Shown: positions 18,544-29,582, counted from the first letter of the stretch. The stretch: 64,000 nucleotides of DNA from Longimicrobiales bacterium (GCA_965226375.1 CBDDCX010000006.1:635131-699130), one strand, 5' to 3'. The notes: generated by a model not told the origin, from the letters alone. Translations and numbers: made by a program.

Positions 18544-19637
18544 GACGCCCTCCCGGAGTTCACTGGAAAGCGGGCTTGGAGATCGACGAGAAGGGCTTCA
18601 GCCGTCGGTCTCGGTCCGAGCCCCTTGCCGAGATGCGCACAGACCTCGCCACTGCTCAGGCGATACGTATAAGCGACTTCTTCACAACCGACGTCGAGCG
18701 TGCTCCCCTTGGGCACGGCCTTGTAGCTCAAGCTGCTGGCCCCACCTCTCCGCGCCTCTCCCACCAGCCGGGTGGTCAAGCCCTCGCGCACCCGTCCCCT
18801 GACAACCATCGGATCCACGTCGCGGAGATCCTGGGCCGTAACGAGTCCGGCGGGGCGACCGGTCAACGCGGCCTCGACCACCGACAACTTCACGGCGGCA
18901 TCCACGCCCTTCAGATCCAGCTCTGGATCCGACTCCAGAAACCCCCGCTCCTCGGCCACGGCCAACCCATCCTCGAATGAACCTCCGCCCTCCAGGACCT
19001 CGATGATGGCCGTGGTAGACGCACTACCGACGAAAGCCGCTTCGACCCAATCTGCTCGGAGCTCACCCACGGAATCGAGCAGCTGCCGACCCGCACCGCC
19101 AAGCACAGCGTTGATTCCCACGCGTCCACCCAGGGCAGGATCGCTCCAGCGGTCCACGTGGGACGCGGCGGCGTCCTTGGCCGCCAGGATCAGACCCCTG
19201 CCGCGGCGAACCACGGTCTCGTCGAGGGTCTCGCCCCACTCACGACGGCCGAAGTCGGTGGCTGTCGTGTCCACGACCACATCGGCGTCTATCTCCAGGA
19301 GTGCCTCGGCGAGGGGCAGAGATCGTCCACCCAGAGCCGAAGCGAGGGTCTCACCGGCTTCCTTGGCGGCGATGACCTTGGCCGCGATGGCCTCGGCGGC
19401 GACGTCCTCGGCGGCGATAACCCGCTCGCGGTCCAATCCATCCGACACCGTCACCGTCCTGCTGCTGTCGGTCACGCCGGCCAGCGTATGCCCAGTCTCG
19501 CGAAGAAGGCCCAAGAAGGCGCGCCCCACACGTCCGGGCCCGAGGAGGTGTACCGTGGGAGAAGGGCCCGTGGTCTGGTAGGCGTCCAGGGTGGGCGTCG
19601 ACACGACATAGCCCGAGACGCCGATCTGCTCGGTCAT
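18540..19637 (-). CDS. hom: Homoserine dehydrogenase (divergent)
   Basis: GPGRVG Rossmann motif; GFLESDPELDLKGVDAAVKL catalytic segment; AGGAG RBS before ATG 19637. Confidence 0.75.
   Translation of the reverse strand: MTEQIGVSGYVVSTPTLDAYQTTGPSPTVHLLGPGRVGRAFLGLLRETGHTLAGVTDSSRTVTVSDGLDRERVIAAEDVAAEAIAAKVIAAKEAGETLASALGGRSLPLAEALLEIDADVVVDTTATDFGRREWGETLDETVVRRGRGLILAAKDAAASHVDRWSDPALGGRVGINAVLGGAGRQLLDSVGELRADWVEAAFVGSASTTAIIEVLEGGGSFEDGLAVAEERGFLESDPELDLKGVDAAVKLSVVEAALTGRPAGLVTAQDLRDVDPMVVRGRVREGLTTRLVGEARRGGASSLSYKAVPKGSTLDVGCEEVAYTYRLSSGEVCAHLGKGLGPRPTAEALLVDLQARFPVNSGRAS
19362..19421 (-). repeat. 15-bp in-frame tandem repeat x4 inside hom
   Basis: Encodes VIAAE-DVAAE-AIAAK-VIAAK. Confidence 0.7.
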
Positions 19638-19741
19638 TCCATTCGCTCCTGTTCCAGTTCTCATCGTGGGAAGCGAGGAACGCCGTCGGATGATTCTTAC
19701 GGACCCGAGAGCACGACCGGGAAGGTCGGAAACGGACGCGA

Positions 19742-19858
19742 GTTCATCTGTCGGAGAACCTGGGTTCCCGCAGGACTTGGCACCGTTTCGAGGATTGCGT
19801 AGTTCCCCGAAGGTTGCCCCGGCGTCATAGGGCCTGCCCCTCAGCCGGTCTTGATGAT
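19742..19858 (-). ncRNA. SAM-I (S-box) riboswitch
   Basis: Minus strand reads TCATCAAGA-CCGGCTGAGGGGCAGGCCCTATGACGCCGG-GGCAACC...CGGTGCCAAGTCCTGC...AGATGA, the S-box consensus, directly upstream of hom-metX-metB. Confidence 0.95.
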
Positions 19859-19944
19859 GGCGGGAGCATATACGCCGGGGGGCGATCCGTCAATGGGAAT
19901 CAAACAAGAGCATGCCCGGGGACGGGCCGAGCGCGGGAGGGGCC

Positions 19945-20280
19945 CTACGCCCCGACCAGATCGAACTGGGGCAGGAACTGGTAAAGGATGATCATCATCA
20001 CCACCACGAACACCGCGACGGAGAGTCCCGCCAGAAAGAGCACCGAGAAGACCTTGCTGTCCGACTTAAGGTGCATGAAGAACATGATGACCATGATGAA
20101 CTTGGCCGTGGATAGTACGAGCAGAACGGGGACCAAGACCGGAGCCAGGGCCTCGATATAGAAGATGGCCACCTCGACTCCCGTGATGACCGTCAGAATC
20201 CCTGCGATCATCCAGTAAAAGCCGACGGAGGTGTGGCCGCCGTCGTGCTCTGTTTGTGCTGTGGCCTCAGCGCTGCTCAT
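19945..20280 (-). CDS. coxD: Second cytochrome c oxidase subunit IV (CtaF-like)
   Basis: IT.VE, STAKFIMVIMFFMHLKSD, three TM. Confidence 0.85.
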   Translation of the reverse strand: MSSAEATAQTEHDGGHTSVGFYWMIAGILTVITGVEVAIFYIEALAPVLVPVLLVLSTAKFIMVIMFFMHLKSDSKVFSVLFLAGLSVAVFVVVMMIILYQFLPQFDLVGA

Positions 20281-20338
20281 GGTTCTCTCTCTGCTCCAAG
20301 TACACTACCGATTCCACTGAATCAGGTAACAACTCAAG

Positions 20339-21401
20339 GGGGTATTCCCTTAAGTCCACCGACCCCAAGATATAGTGGTTACCGGGGCTCTGCGGGCCGT
20401 TTCCCACGTCCGGTGCCGAGGTAAAGGGCCGAAGCTGGCGTGGGAGCACACTGAACAGCCTGCTCAAGCAAGCGGTAGAACAACAGGCCGCGAGCCCGGG
20501 ATGTGCGTCGGTTGAAGCGAAAGGTGAACTCGTCCAGATAGTAGGGGAGGTGTTCGCGGGCGATCCCTCCTTGGAGGGTTCCGAGGACCCAGCGCTTGAG
20601 GAGAGACGCCACCCGATGTACGGCCGACATGAGCACGTGAGCGGGATCGCCGGAGGTCGAGAGGTTCGTGACCGTGTGGCGAAAGCCCAGTTTGGCGAGT
20701 CCCTGATAGCTTGGCCATCCGTCGGTATGCACCGTGCTTGCCGGTGCGATGCTATCCTTGACGAAGCCTCGCAGAACCGGAGCGGAGAGGTCGGGCACCC
20801 AACGCAGCCGTATTCTCCCGATCTTGCGTCCGTCGACCTCGGCGGCGATCGCGACGATGGCCTTCTTGATCGTCTCGCGGCCCCGCACTCCAGCCTCCAC
20901 GCCCCCGACATAGCTCTCGTCCACTTGCACAACGCCGCTCAGCTGGTCGCGATCCGGTCGGACCATGGCCCGGCGGAGCTTGTGGAGCCAGACCCACGCT
21001 GTCTTGTAGCTTCCCAGTCCGAGCACGCGCTGGAGCCCGAGAGCATTGGCTCCGTATTTCTGGCTCGTGAGCTCCCAGGCAGCGAGAAACCACAGACGCA
21101 GGGGCGAGCGCGTGCGGTGGAACACGGTTCCCGCCAGCACCGAGGTCTGCCTTCGACAGTGTGGGCAGACGAGACGCCCCCGCGATGCTCGCCAGACCTC
21201 TCCCAACCCGCCACAGCCCACGCACACAAACCCTTCCGGCCAGCGCAGACCCTCCACGTACTCCAGGCATGCCGCATCGTCGGGGAAGAACTCGTCCAGC
21301 TCCAGCCGCGTACGGGGATAGTCCACGCCGCCACGGAGCTGAGAAGCCGGAACCGCCATGACCACAACATGTAGTGGGCGGTGGACTTAAGGCAATACCC
21401 C
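20339..21401 (-). mobile_element. IS1595-family insertion sequence (1063 bp)
   Basis: Terminal IRs GGGGTATT(C/G)CCTTAAGTCCACCG (22/23 identical) flank a single transposase; no matching flanking duplication. Confidence 0.93.
20379..21365 (-). CDS. IS1595-family DDE transposase
   Basis: Zn ribbon CVGC..CPHC, HTH (LGLGSYKTAW), VDESY, HTDGW, YLDEFTFRFNRR. Confidence 0.95.
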   Translation of the reverse strand: MVMAVPASQLRGGVDYPRTRLELDEFFPDDAACLEYVEGLRWPEGFVCVGCGGLGEVWRASRGRLVCPHCRRQTSVLAGTVFHRTRSPLRLWFLAAWELTSQKYGANALGLQRVLGLGSYKTAWVWLHKLRRAMVRPDRDQLSGVVQVDESYVGGVEAGVRGRETIKKAIVAIAAEVDGRKIGRIRLRWVPDLSAPVLRGFVKDSIAPASTVHTDGWPSYQGLAKLGFRHTVTNLSTSGDPAHVLMSAVHRVASLLKRWVLGTLQGGIAREHLPYYLDEFTFRFNRRTSRARGLLFYRLLEQAVQCAPTPASALYLGTGRGKRPAEPR

Positions 21402-21684
21402 ATATGGGGAATAGCAACACTGGTCGCGGTCCGGTTTGTCTCTTTGGGGCCCAGGCGGGTGGTGGTCGAGCCGGAAGTGCCTCAGATCCTAAAGCTAAGA
21501 CCTTAGTACGATGACAACCAAGGCTCTGCGCTTCGGAGCGAGACGATGAAGCCGTCCTGGAGTCGCCGACCCTCCGTTGCAGCCCAACGGAGAGCTGAAC
21601 CAAGGCGGTGCATGACCTGTATCATCCCCGAGAGCCAAGCCGCAAAGCGATCAGTTCTGGGACAGGACACAAGAGGATCCCTCC

Positions 21685-22095
21685 ATGAAGAAAACCTCTG
21701 GCAAGGTCGGTGGACGGGGGACCCTAGTGTTCGTTCTTGCGCTGATCAGCGCGTGTTCCGCGCCGGCGCGGGACATCGAACAACTCGTGCTGCAGGACAG
21801 CACGTACTTCGTTGAAGAGACGATGGAGCCGTTCAGCGGGAGGGTGTTCAAGTCCTTCGCCGAGGACCCTGGCACCGTCCAGCTGACCGGTTTTTTGCGG
21901 GACGGCTTATGGAACGGGGAGCTGACGGTGTACTTCTCGAGCGGCCGCATACGGTATCAGGGCGAACTGGTGGACGGAGAGCGCTGTGGCGCGTGGTACG
22001 AGGACCGGAACGAGGAGACCCCGGAAGACATCTACGGGCAGCTGCTGGAAGAGATCGAGAGTTTGGCTATGTTCCCGCCCTGCCCGGAGTCCTGA
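21685..22095 (+). CDS. Lipoprotein with MORN-variant-like repeats
   Basis: Lipobox LISAC; PFSG..., G.LRDGLWNGELTVYFSSG.I.Y.G...DGE..G.W. Confidence 0.65.
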   Translation: MKKTSGKVGGRGTLVFVLALISACSAPARDIEQLVLQDSTYFVEETMEPFSGRVFKSFAEDPGTVQLTGFLRDGLWNGELTVYFSSGRIRYQGELVDGERCGAWYEDRNEETPEDIYGQLLEEIESLAMFPPCPES

Positions 22096-22123
22096 ACGAA
22101 CCGTTCCGTGGAGAACGCAATGA

Positions 22124-23461
22124 GCAGAGCTCCCCGACTTCGGACCCACCGTCACCATCGATCATCTGGTGCACCACACGAGTGGTATCCGTGATTGGCC
22201 CGGGACCCTGGCGGTGGCTGGGTGGCGCATGGACGACATCATCTCGTTCGATCAGATCCTGACCATGGCCAGGAACCAGCAGGACCTGAATTTCCCGCCC
22301 GGAGCCGAGTATTCCTACTCGAATACCGGTTACAACATTTTGGCCGCTCTCGTGGCTGAGGTGTCCGACCAGTCGTTCCGGGAGTGGACGGCCACCAACA
22401 TCTTCCGTCCTCTCGGCATGACGGATACCCACTTCCATGACGACCACGCCGAGATCGTAGAAGATCGGGCCCGCGGGTACGCACCCTCCGGGGAGGCATT
22501 CCGGAACATCCCCAACGGCCTCACGGCACTGGGTTCGAGCTCCCTCTATACCACCATCGACGACCTGGCCAATTGGGTCATGAACTTCGAGGACGGACGC
22601 GTCGGTGGCCGATCGGTCATCGAGCGGATGCAGCAGCAGGGTGTGCTGAACAGCGGTGAGGAAATCAACTATGCGTTCGGCCAGTCCAAGGGGGTGTACC
22701 GGGGCTTGGAACTGTGGAGCCACAGTGGCTCGTGGGCTGGCTTTCGAACGGTAGTCATGCGCTTTCCGGAACAGCGGTTCGCGGTGGTGATTCTAGCCAA
22801 TCTGGGTGGCTACAACCCGACGGCTTCGGCTTTCGCCATTGCCGATCTTTACCTAGAGGACTTCCTGGAGCCCACGCCGGACGGCGAAGCCCTTGAGGCC
22901 GATGAGACACCAACGGTCCCTGTGAGCGTCGGATTACTCGCATCGTACACCGGTACCTACAAGCTCGGCCCGGGTTGGCTCGTGACCATTACCCGCGAGG
23001 GACAGGCTCTCATGGCCCAGGCCACCAACGAGTCCCGGTTCCCCATGCGAGCGATTTCCGAGCAGGAGTTCTTCGTGGAGGCCTATGGGGCGTCCATGAG
23101 TTTCGGTCGGAGTGCCGAGGGCACTGTCGATCACCTGACCTACCGAGGCATCCACGCCTTGCGAGTGGAGATCGATTCACAGGACTCAGATGATCTGAGC
23201 GACTACGTCGGTGAGTTCTACAGCGAGGAGCTGGACACGAGCTATTGGCTCTCCGTACTGGACGGCACTCTGGTGGCACACCATCGGAGGCACGGTGACA
23301 TCGAACTACTCCCGGTGATGCGCGACGAGTTCCGGGGCGACCAGTGGTTCGTCCCGTCTGTGGAGTTCGATCGCGACGATCTGGGTCGCGTGACCGGCCT
23401 GCGGATTTCGCAGGGTCGTTCGCGAAACATGAAATTCCGGAGGCGGGGCGCCGGCCGCTGA
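22124..23461 (+). pseudogene. 5'-truncated serine hydrolase (beta-lactamase family)
   Basis: Frame opens after a TGA at ELPDFGPTVTIDHLVHHTSG; YSN and HSG present but signal peptide and SxxK nucleophile motif missing. Confidence 0.75.
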
Positions 23462-23671
23462 TCCACCCGCCCTGATCTTGCGGCGACGTAGGGGACACAC
23501 GCGATAGCAACCTTCCTCCACGAGGTCCGTGAAAGGATCGCGCGGCGAGGGGAAGAATTCCGGCCTCAGACACGTCCAACGTATGGGAATTGCGCGTGAA
23601 GCTTGGGGTTTGCGGTCGGCCGGCGGCCTGGCGAACAACACTCGAATGTGGCGGATCGAGGCGAGTACCTA

Positions 23672-25475
23672 ATGGTTGAGATTGAGAGCGGGTGTGGGGT
23701 CGGAGTCCGCGTGTTCGTGACGCTCCTTGCGGGGTTCTCGCTGGGGTGCGGCGAGACTCCCGTGGTGCAGGACGCCGAGGCAATGTTCCGGGGAGGCCCC
23801 GAGCACACCGGCGTGTACGCTGAGGAAGGAGTGGTGGACGGTCTCGCCGGTCTGCGCTGGCGCTTCGAAACCGGAGGTGCGGTCCGCTCGAGCCCCGCGG
23901 TGGTGGGCGACGCGCTCTACGTGGGCAGTGCCGACGGGCGGCTCTACGCTCTCGGTGTCGCCGACGGGAACGAGCTGTGGAGCTTCGACGCGGGCAGCGC
24001 GGTAATCTCCAGCCCCGCGGTGGCCGCCGACTTGGTCTATTTCGGTGATCGCGGCAACGTCCTCCATGCCCTGGACCGGATGGATGGGTCCCTCGCGTGG
24101 CAGTTCCCGACGGGCCCGGACATGGCGCTGCCCTGGGGGCATCGTGCTATTCGGGAGCGGCGACGGGAGCCTCTACGCCGTGGACGCCACCTCGGGCGCC
24201 CAGCTGTGGCGGTACGCCACCGAGGGTCGCATCCGCTCCAGCCCCGCGGTCTCCGACGGCGTGGTTTATGTAGGCAGCATGGACGGTAGCCTCCACGCGG
24301 TGGATGTCATGTCGGGCGAGGGCCTTTGGCGGTACGACACCGAGGGCCGGTCCCTGAACTCCGCCGAATTCGGCTTCGACCGCCGGTCCATCCAGTCCTC
24401 CCCCTCGGTGGGAGACGGCGCTGTGTTCTTCGGGTCCAGGGACGGATACGTCTATGCCGTCGAGACGGCCACGGGGGAGCTGAGGTGGCGGTTCGACCAG
24501 GAGGTATCCTGGTGCATCTCCTCCCCAGGCTTCATGGACGGGATGGTCTTCGCGGGATCGTCGGACGGCCTCTTCGTGCAGGCTCTGGACGCCACAACCG
24601 GGGAGGAGTTGTGGAGGACGACCATCGGGACACGCGTATTCGGGTCGCCCTCAGTGGCGGGCGAGACGGTCGTCACCGGCAATCACGACGGCAACATTCG
24701 GGCTATGGATCGGCTGACCGGTGAGGAGCGCTGGAGCTACCGGACCGGCCGGGCCATCCAATCCTCGGCCGTCGTGTCCGGGGGGGCCGTGTTCGTCGGT
24801 AGCGACGATGGCTCGGTCTACGCGCTGGACGGAACCGAGGGACCGTCCCCGCACCGCACGGTCTTCTGGGACGAGGATCTGCGCTCCTTCTATCCGGGGC
24901 ACGAGGCCCTCAGGGATCATCTGTCCAAGGCCGGATACGCAGTCCTGGATGCTACGGATCTGGGTGGCTTCATGGTGGATCGTATCGAGGATCAGGAGCC
25001 CAGTGTGGTAGTGTTCGCGAAGGACCACGTGCCCGTGAATGTCGGAGCGACCGCGGCGGACACGGTGCTCTTCCGGAGGTACCTGGACGCCGGAGGGAGG
25101 ATCGTCTGGTTGGGGTATCCCCCCTTCTTCGTGGAGTGCGATGCGGAGACCGGACAGGCCGTGGGCGCGGACATGGCGAGGACCACCGCCGTGCTCGGTG
25201 TGGACCACTCCAGCGTCACGGTGGACGAGTACTCCACTCGGGCAACGGAGTCGGGCCGTGACTGGGGCCTCCGGGACTGGTGGATCGATCAAGGCGGTGT
25301 GGACCCCTCCCAGGTCAGCGAGGTGCTCGCGACCAGTGAACGTGGAGGGGCTACGGCCTGGTTTCGGAGCTACTCGGCCTCACCCTCCGGTGGCTTCGTG
25401 AAGCTCTGGGGCATGCAGTCGGCGATCCCGGATCCGGCGATCGTGCGTTCCGTGGCGGAGTACCGTCTGCGCTGA
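23672..25475 (+). pseudogene. PQQ-like (BamB-type) beta-propeller lipoprotein, frameshifted near 24140
   Basis: SSPAV..GS.DG..YALD..TG...W repeats continue across two frames; one blade lacks its SSP segment at the junction. Confidence 0.8.
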
Positions 25476-25522
25476 GGCGAAGTGGTCAGAGCGGAAGTAG
25501 AGGCGGTTACCTGACCCCCTCC

Positions 25523-26485
25523 TCAGCTACGGCCCCCACCGCGCGGCACCACCCGCCCGATCGGTTCGCTCGCCCTGGTAGGCCGAGACGCCTCTCTGGT
25601 CTTGAGGTCGTACCGATCTCCCGGCCGCAGGAAGTAGAACGGCCCCCCCACGGTGCGCATGGTCTCCGGCCCGTCGGGCGCGAGCTCCTTCTCGTTGTCA
25701 TGGATGATGACGTAGCTCGTACCGATGACCTCGAAGTGGTCGCCCTCGACGACGATCGCCGTGTTCTCATCGATGGCGATGCCGAGCATGTCCGGGCAGA
25801 GCTTCATCACGCCTAGCATGTCGAACTGCCGGTTCCGGGCGAGCACGTGAACGTCGATGATCACCTTCTTGAGCAGCGCGAACCCGCGGCGCCACTCCTC
25901 ACGTGGGCGAGTTCGCTCCGAGAACTCGCGTTCCGGTGTCCGGCTGACGTTCATGATTTCGCCCTGTATGTGGGCACCCGCCGAACCCCCACCGATCACA
26001 CCACCGCGGTCCAGCAGGGCCAACATCTCCTCATGCACCTTGGTGTCCAGGTAAGCGTCGGTGTGAAGCCAGTGGCTCCCGCCCATGAACCAGATTCCTC
26101 GCGCCTGGCGCAGGGGCTCGACGAACTCGTCCGTGTTGGAGACGTTGCGGTCCCGCGTGTGGAGCACCGTCAGGTTCCGCGCCCCGGCTTCTCGGAAGCG
26201 CCTCAGGCACGGACAGTATTCATCGTACTTGTCGTCGTCCCGCCCGGACGTGGGGACAACCACGATCGGGGCGTCGGGACCGCCGGCCAGCTCGATGAAC
26301 CGATCTCGGATGTGGCTCGTGCTCTCGCCACCACCGCTGACCACTAGGGCGCCGCGGGCCGGTCCGATCTCCTGGGCGGCCGCGTCGGCAGGAAACCCTG
26401 CGCCGCCCCAAAGCACCGGGCCGACGAGAATAACGGAGAGGAGGGCCAACCGCCGAATCGGCCGCCTGCTCTCGCAAACGCTCAT
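25523..26485 (-). CDS. Secreted cyanophycinase-like peptidase (S51)
   Basis: LVVSGGG, VPTS, GGGSAGA nucleophile, IIDVH..ARNR, GIAIDENTA. Confidence 0.85.
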   Translation of the reverse strand: MSVCESRRPIRRLALLSVILVGPVLWGGAGFPADAAAQEIGPARGALVVSGGGESTSHIRDRFIELAGGPDAPIVVVPTSGRDDDKYDEYCPCLRRFREAGARNLTVLHTRDRNVSNTDEFVEPLRQARGIWFMGGSHWLHTDAYLDTKVHEEMLALLDRGGVIGGGSAGAHIQGEIMNVSRTPEREFSERTRPREEWRRGFALLKKVIIDVHVLARNRQFDMLGVMKLCPDMLGIAIDENTAIVVEGDHFEVIGTSYVIIHDNEKELAPDGPETMRTVGGPFYFLRPGDRYDLKTREASRPTRASEPIGRVVPRGGGRS

Positions 26486-26528
26486 TGGAATACTCCCGGT
26501 GGATCGGTTGGCGCTCGCCGGCACTGGA

Positions 26529-28130
26529 TCACTCGGTGATCGGTTTCGGCTTCACGGTCGGGTAATCGATGCCCAACTGCTCGAGGTACGTGTCGAATCG
26601 GGAGGCGTCGTAGTAGTACTCCCGCATGAGAGGCCGCCACCTGGCCATGATCTCTTCGTTGAGGAAGATGGCCGGCTGGTCTGTTTCCGAGATAAACGGA
26701 ATGTACTCCTCGTCTGCGGTCTGCACGTCGTTGAAGTACGTCCATGCGTCGGCCACGATCGCCGGGTTCAGCACCAGGTCCAGCAGGGTCAGAGCCTGAA
26801 CCTTGGCCCCCGCCAGAGTTCCCTTGTGGGCGATAGGCGTGGCCATCGCGATACCGTTGGCCCAGTTGTGCCCCGGCCCGCCCGGGATGTTGGCGGGATA
26901 GCGGAGCGTGACTGTCGGCATGTTCCAAGACACGTCGCCGATGTCGTCCGAGCCGCCGCCGAGCGACCGGGAGAGGTCGACCGGACCCCTCAGCTCGGGG
27001 ATCGAGTCGGGTAGTCCGTCAACGTCCACGCCCAACTCCGTCTGTAGGGCGTTCGCCAATTCGATGTCGGCTTCGTCCCACTCGGGCAGACCGACGCGTT
27101 GGATATTGGCGTACGTGGCTTCTGCCACAGGCTTGCTGAAGTGGCGGCTCCAGGCCGAGCCGACGATCTGTATCGTGTCGATCTCGGTGCCGGTCATGAG
27201 GGCGGCGCCCTCGGCCATCAAGATGGCCGCGTCGTACTGCTCTTTGGTCAGCTCGTAGTCCTTCTCCCGGAAGTAGAACCAAATCTTCGCCTCCTGAGGC
27301 ACCACGTTCGGTTGATCTCCACCCTTGACGATGATGTAGTGGGACCGCGCGGCAGGCCGGAGATGTTCGCGCTTGAACTCCCATGCCTGTGCCATGAGCA
27401 TGACGGCGTCGAGCGCCGAGCGACCCCGCCAGGGCGATCCGGCCGAGTGTGCCGTCGCACCGGTGAAGCTGAATTGTGCGGAGATCAGGGCGTTGCCCCC
27501 GCTCTGGCCCCAGCTCATGCCGAAGCCTGAGCCCACGTGCGTGAAGAGGTTCACGTCGACCCCGTCGAACACGCCGTCACGCACGAAAAAGGCCTTGGAC
27601 CCCAACTGTTCCTCTGCGATGCCTGGCCAGATCAGGAGCGTGCCCGAGATGTTTTCCCGCTCCATGATCTCCTTCACGGCCAACGCCGCGACGATATTCA
27701 CGGCCTGGCCCGAGTTGTGGCCCTCTCCGTGTCCAGGTGCCATCGATAGGATGGCCTCTCGGTAACCTACACCGGGCTTCTGGTTGGACTGGGGAATCCC
27801 GTCCACGTCCGACCCGAGCGCGATTACCGGACTGCCCGAGCCCCACCGGGCCGTCCACGCGCTGGGCATGCCGGCCACGTCCAGCTTGATCTCGAAGCCG
27901 TTCGCTTCCAGCATGCCCGTCAGGTACTTCTGCGTCTCGAACTCCTGCATTCCCAATTCGCCGAACGAGAACAGCTGGTCCACGATCTCCTGGACGAGCT
28001 TGGCCTGGCCCTCGACCTTCTCGAGGACCTCTTCCTTCAGAGACTCCAGACGTGGGTCGACATCTTGCGCGGAGAGCTGCGGCGCCAGTGTCAGTCCGAA
28101 AGCGATGAAGCACGTGAGTGAACGGCGCAT
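26529..28130 (-). CDS. M20 amidohydrolase (AbgB-like), secreted
   Basis: ELGMQEFET, GHGEGHN, AEE, GRSALDA, GGSDDIGDVSW, PGHNW; signal peptide from ATG 28130. Confidence 0.88.
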   Translation of the reverse strand: MRRSLTCFIAFGLTLAPQLSAQDVDPRLESLKEEVLEKVEGQAKLVQEIVDQLFSFGELGMQEFETQKYLTGMLEANGFEIKLDVAGMPSAWTARWGSGSPVIALGSDVDGIPQSNQKPGVGYREAILSMAPGHGEGHNSGQAVNIVAALAVKEIMERENISGTLLIWPGIAEEQLGSKAFFVRDGVFDGVDVNLFTHVGSGFGMSWGQSGGNALISAQFSFTGATAHSAGSPWRGRSALDAVMLMAQAWEFKREHLRPAARSHYIIVKGGDQPNVVPQEAKIWFYFREKDYELTKEQYDAAILMAEGAALMTGTEIDTIQIVGSAWSRHFSKPVAEATYANIQRVGLPEWDEADIELANALQTELGVDVDGLPDSIPELRGPVDLSRSLGGGSDDIGDVSWNMPTVTLRYPANIPGGPGHNWANGIAMATPIAHKGTLAGAKVQALTLLDLVLNPAIVADAWTYFNDVQTADEEYIPFISETDQPAIFLNEEIMARWRPLMREYYYDASRFDTYLEQLGIDYPTVKPKPITE

Positions 28131-28379
28131 GAAGAATCTCCGAGAGGTGGTTTGTCGAACCGAGCCCTGGGCCGATCGTTCGAACGGAAAGGCGACCGAC
28201 AGAGCAGAAGTCAGCATGCGACGACCCGGCATCGAGAGCAAGGTGCGGGCGCGCCAGTCTTGCGGCAGTAGCGCGGAGGGGCCGAACGCTGCGATGTTGT
28301 GTCGCCGGTCACCCATCGAGTCGGGCACGAGTGACGATACCACTTGCCTCGAACACGATCCCTGGATGACGACTACGTA

Positions 28380-29582
28380 ATGACGCACCCTACGGCGCCG
28401 GAGCCCCGGCCGAGCATCAACCCACTCGTCACCGTCCTTCGCGTCATCTACTTCTTCGGCCTGCTGTACCTGTTCTTCTCCAGCATCGAGCTGATGAGTG
28501 CCGCCTTCAAATTGGGCGGTCAGGGGCTTGCCGAGCAGCTCCTTAACACGGCGTCGGACCCGGTGGCCGGACTAATCATCGGCTTCCTCGCGACGAGCTT
28601 GATCCAGAGCTCGTCGACCGCGACCACGATCGTCGTCGGCCTCGTGGCATCGGGCGCGCTCCCCATCGCACTCGCGGTGCCCATCATCATGGGGGCGAAC
28701 ATCGGGACCACGACCACCAACACGATCGTGTCCATGGGCCACGTGACTCGTCCGGCTGAGTTCGAACGGGCTTTCGCCGCCTCCATCGTGCATGACTACT
28801 TCAATGTGCTCGCGGCGGTGACGATCTTGCCGCTGGAGATTCTGTTCCACCCGGTCGAGCGGGTCGCCGTCTTTCTCCAGGGCTTGTTCGCGGGAGTGGG
28901 TGGCATGAGTGTCGCCAGCCCCCTCAAGCTGATCGTGAGTCCCTTCGCCGATGTGGTCACGGGGCTGCTACCGCAGACGATCCCGTTGATCATTCTCGCC
29001 CTCACGCTCCTGTTCGTGGCGGTCCGCGGAATGATGAAGTTCATGCAGGGCGTCGTGCTCCATCGCCTCGAAGGACTCTTCGACAGAGTGCTCTTCCGCA
29101 ACGACTTTGCGAGCTTCGGCCTGGGCGTAGTGACCACGGCCTCCGTTCAGAGCAGTTCGGCGACCACTTCGTTGGTCGTGCCCCTAGCGGGCACGGGCGT
29201 CCTGAGCCTCCGTCAGATCTTTCCGTACACATTAGGAGCCAACGTGGGAACGACCGTCACCGCAATTCTGGCCTCGTTCGCGACGGGAAGTCCCGCGGCG
29301 GTGACCGTCGCCCTGGCTCATCTAGTCTTCAACCTGTTGGCTATCGCAATCTTTTTCCCTCTGAAGGCCCTACCGATCGGGCTGGCGAGGAGATCGGGTG
29401 CCTTTGCGGCCCGGTCAAGGACGAGCACAGTGGGTGTCCTATCGGTGTATGTGGCGCTGCACATAGTCCCGCTCTTTTATGTCATCTGTCGGGGAAGAGG
29501 TAATCAGCCATGTGGAAGAAAATCATCACGCTCTTCCGCTCGCCGGGTCCGCTTCAGGAGGCCTATGACGAGGCTCTCCTGA
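28380..29582 (+). CDS. Na+/phosphate symporter (NptA/SLC34 family); probable 1-nt slip near C-terminus with native stop at 29501-29503
   Basis: Duplicated QSSS and GAN(I/V)GTT.T motifs. Confidence 0.9.
   Translation: MTHPTAPEPRPSINPLVTVLRVIYFFGLLYLFFSSIELMSAAFKLGGQGLAEQLLNTASDPVAGLIIGFLATSLIQSSSTATTIVVGLVASGALPIALAVPIIMGANIGTTTTNTIVSMGHVTRPAEFERAFAASIVHDYFNVLAAVTILPLEILFHPVERVAVFLQGLFAGVGGMSVASPLKLIVSPFADVVTGLLPQTIPLIILALTLLFVAVRGMMKFMQGVVLHRLEGLFDRVLFRNDFASFGLGVVTTASVQSSSATTSLVVPLAGTGVLSLRQIFPYTLGANVGTTVTAILASFATGSPAAVTVALAHLVFNLLAIAIFFPLKALPIGLARRSGAFAARSRTSTVGVLSVYVALHIVPLFYVICRGRGNQPCGRKSSRSSARRVRFRRPMTRLS

Noticed and set aside
21402..21684. Possible second IS end or ncRNA right of IS1595
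   Set aside because: No partner inverted repeat, transposase remnant or recognisable RNA motif could be supported
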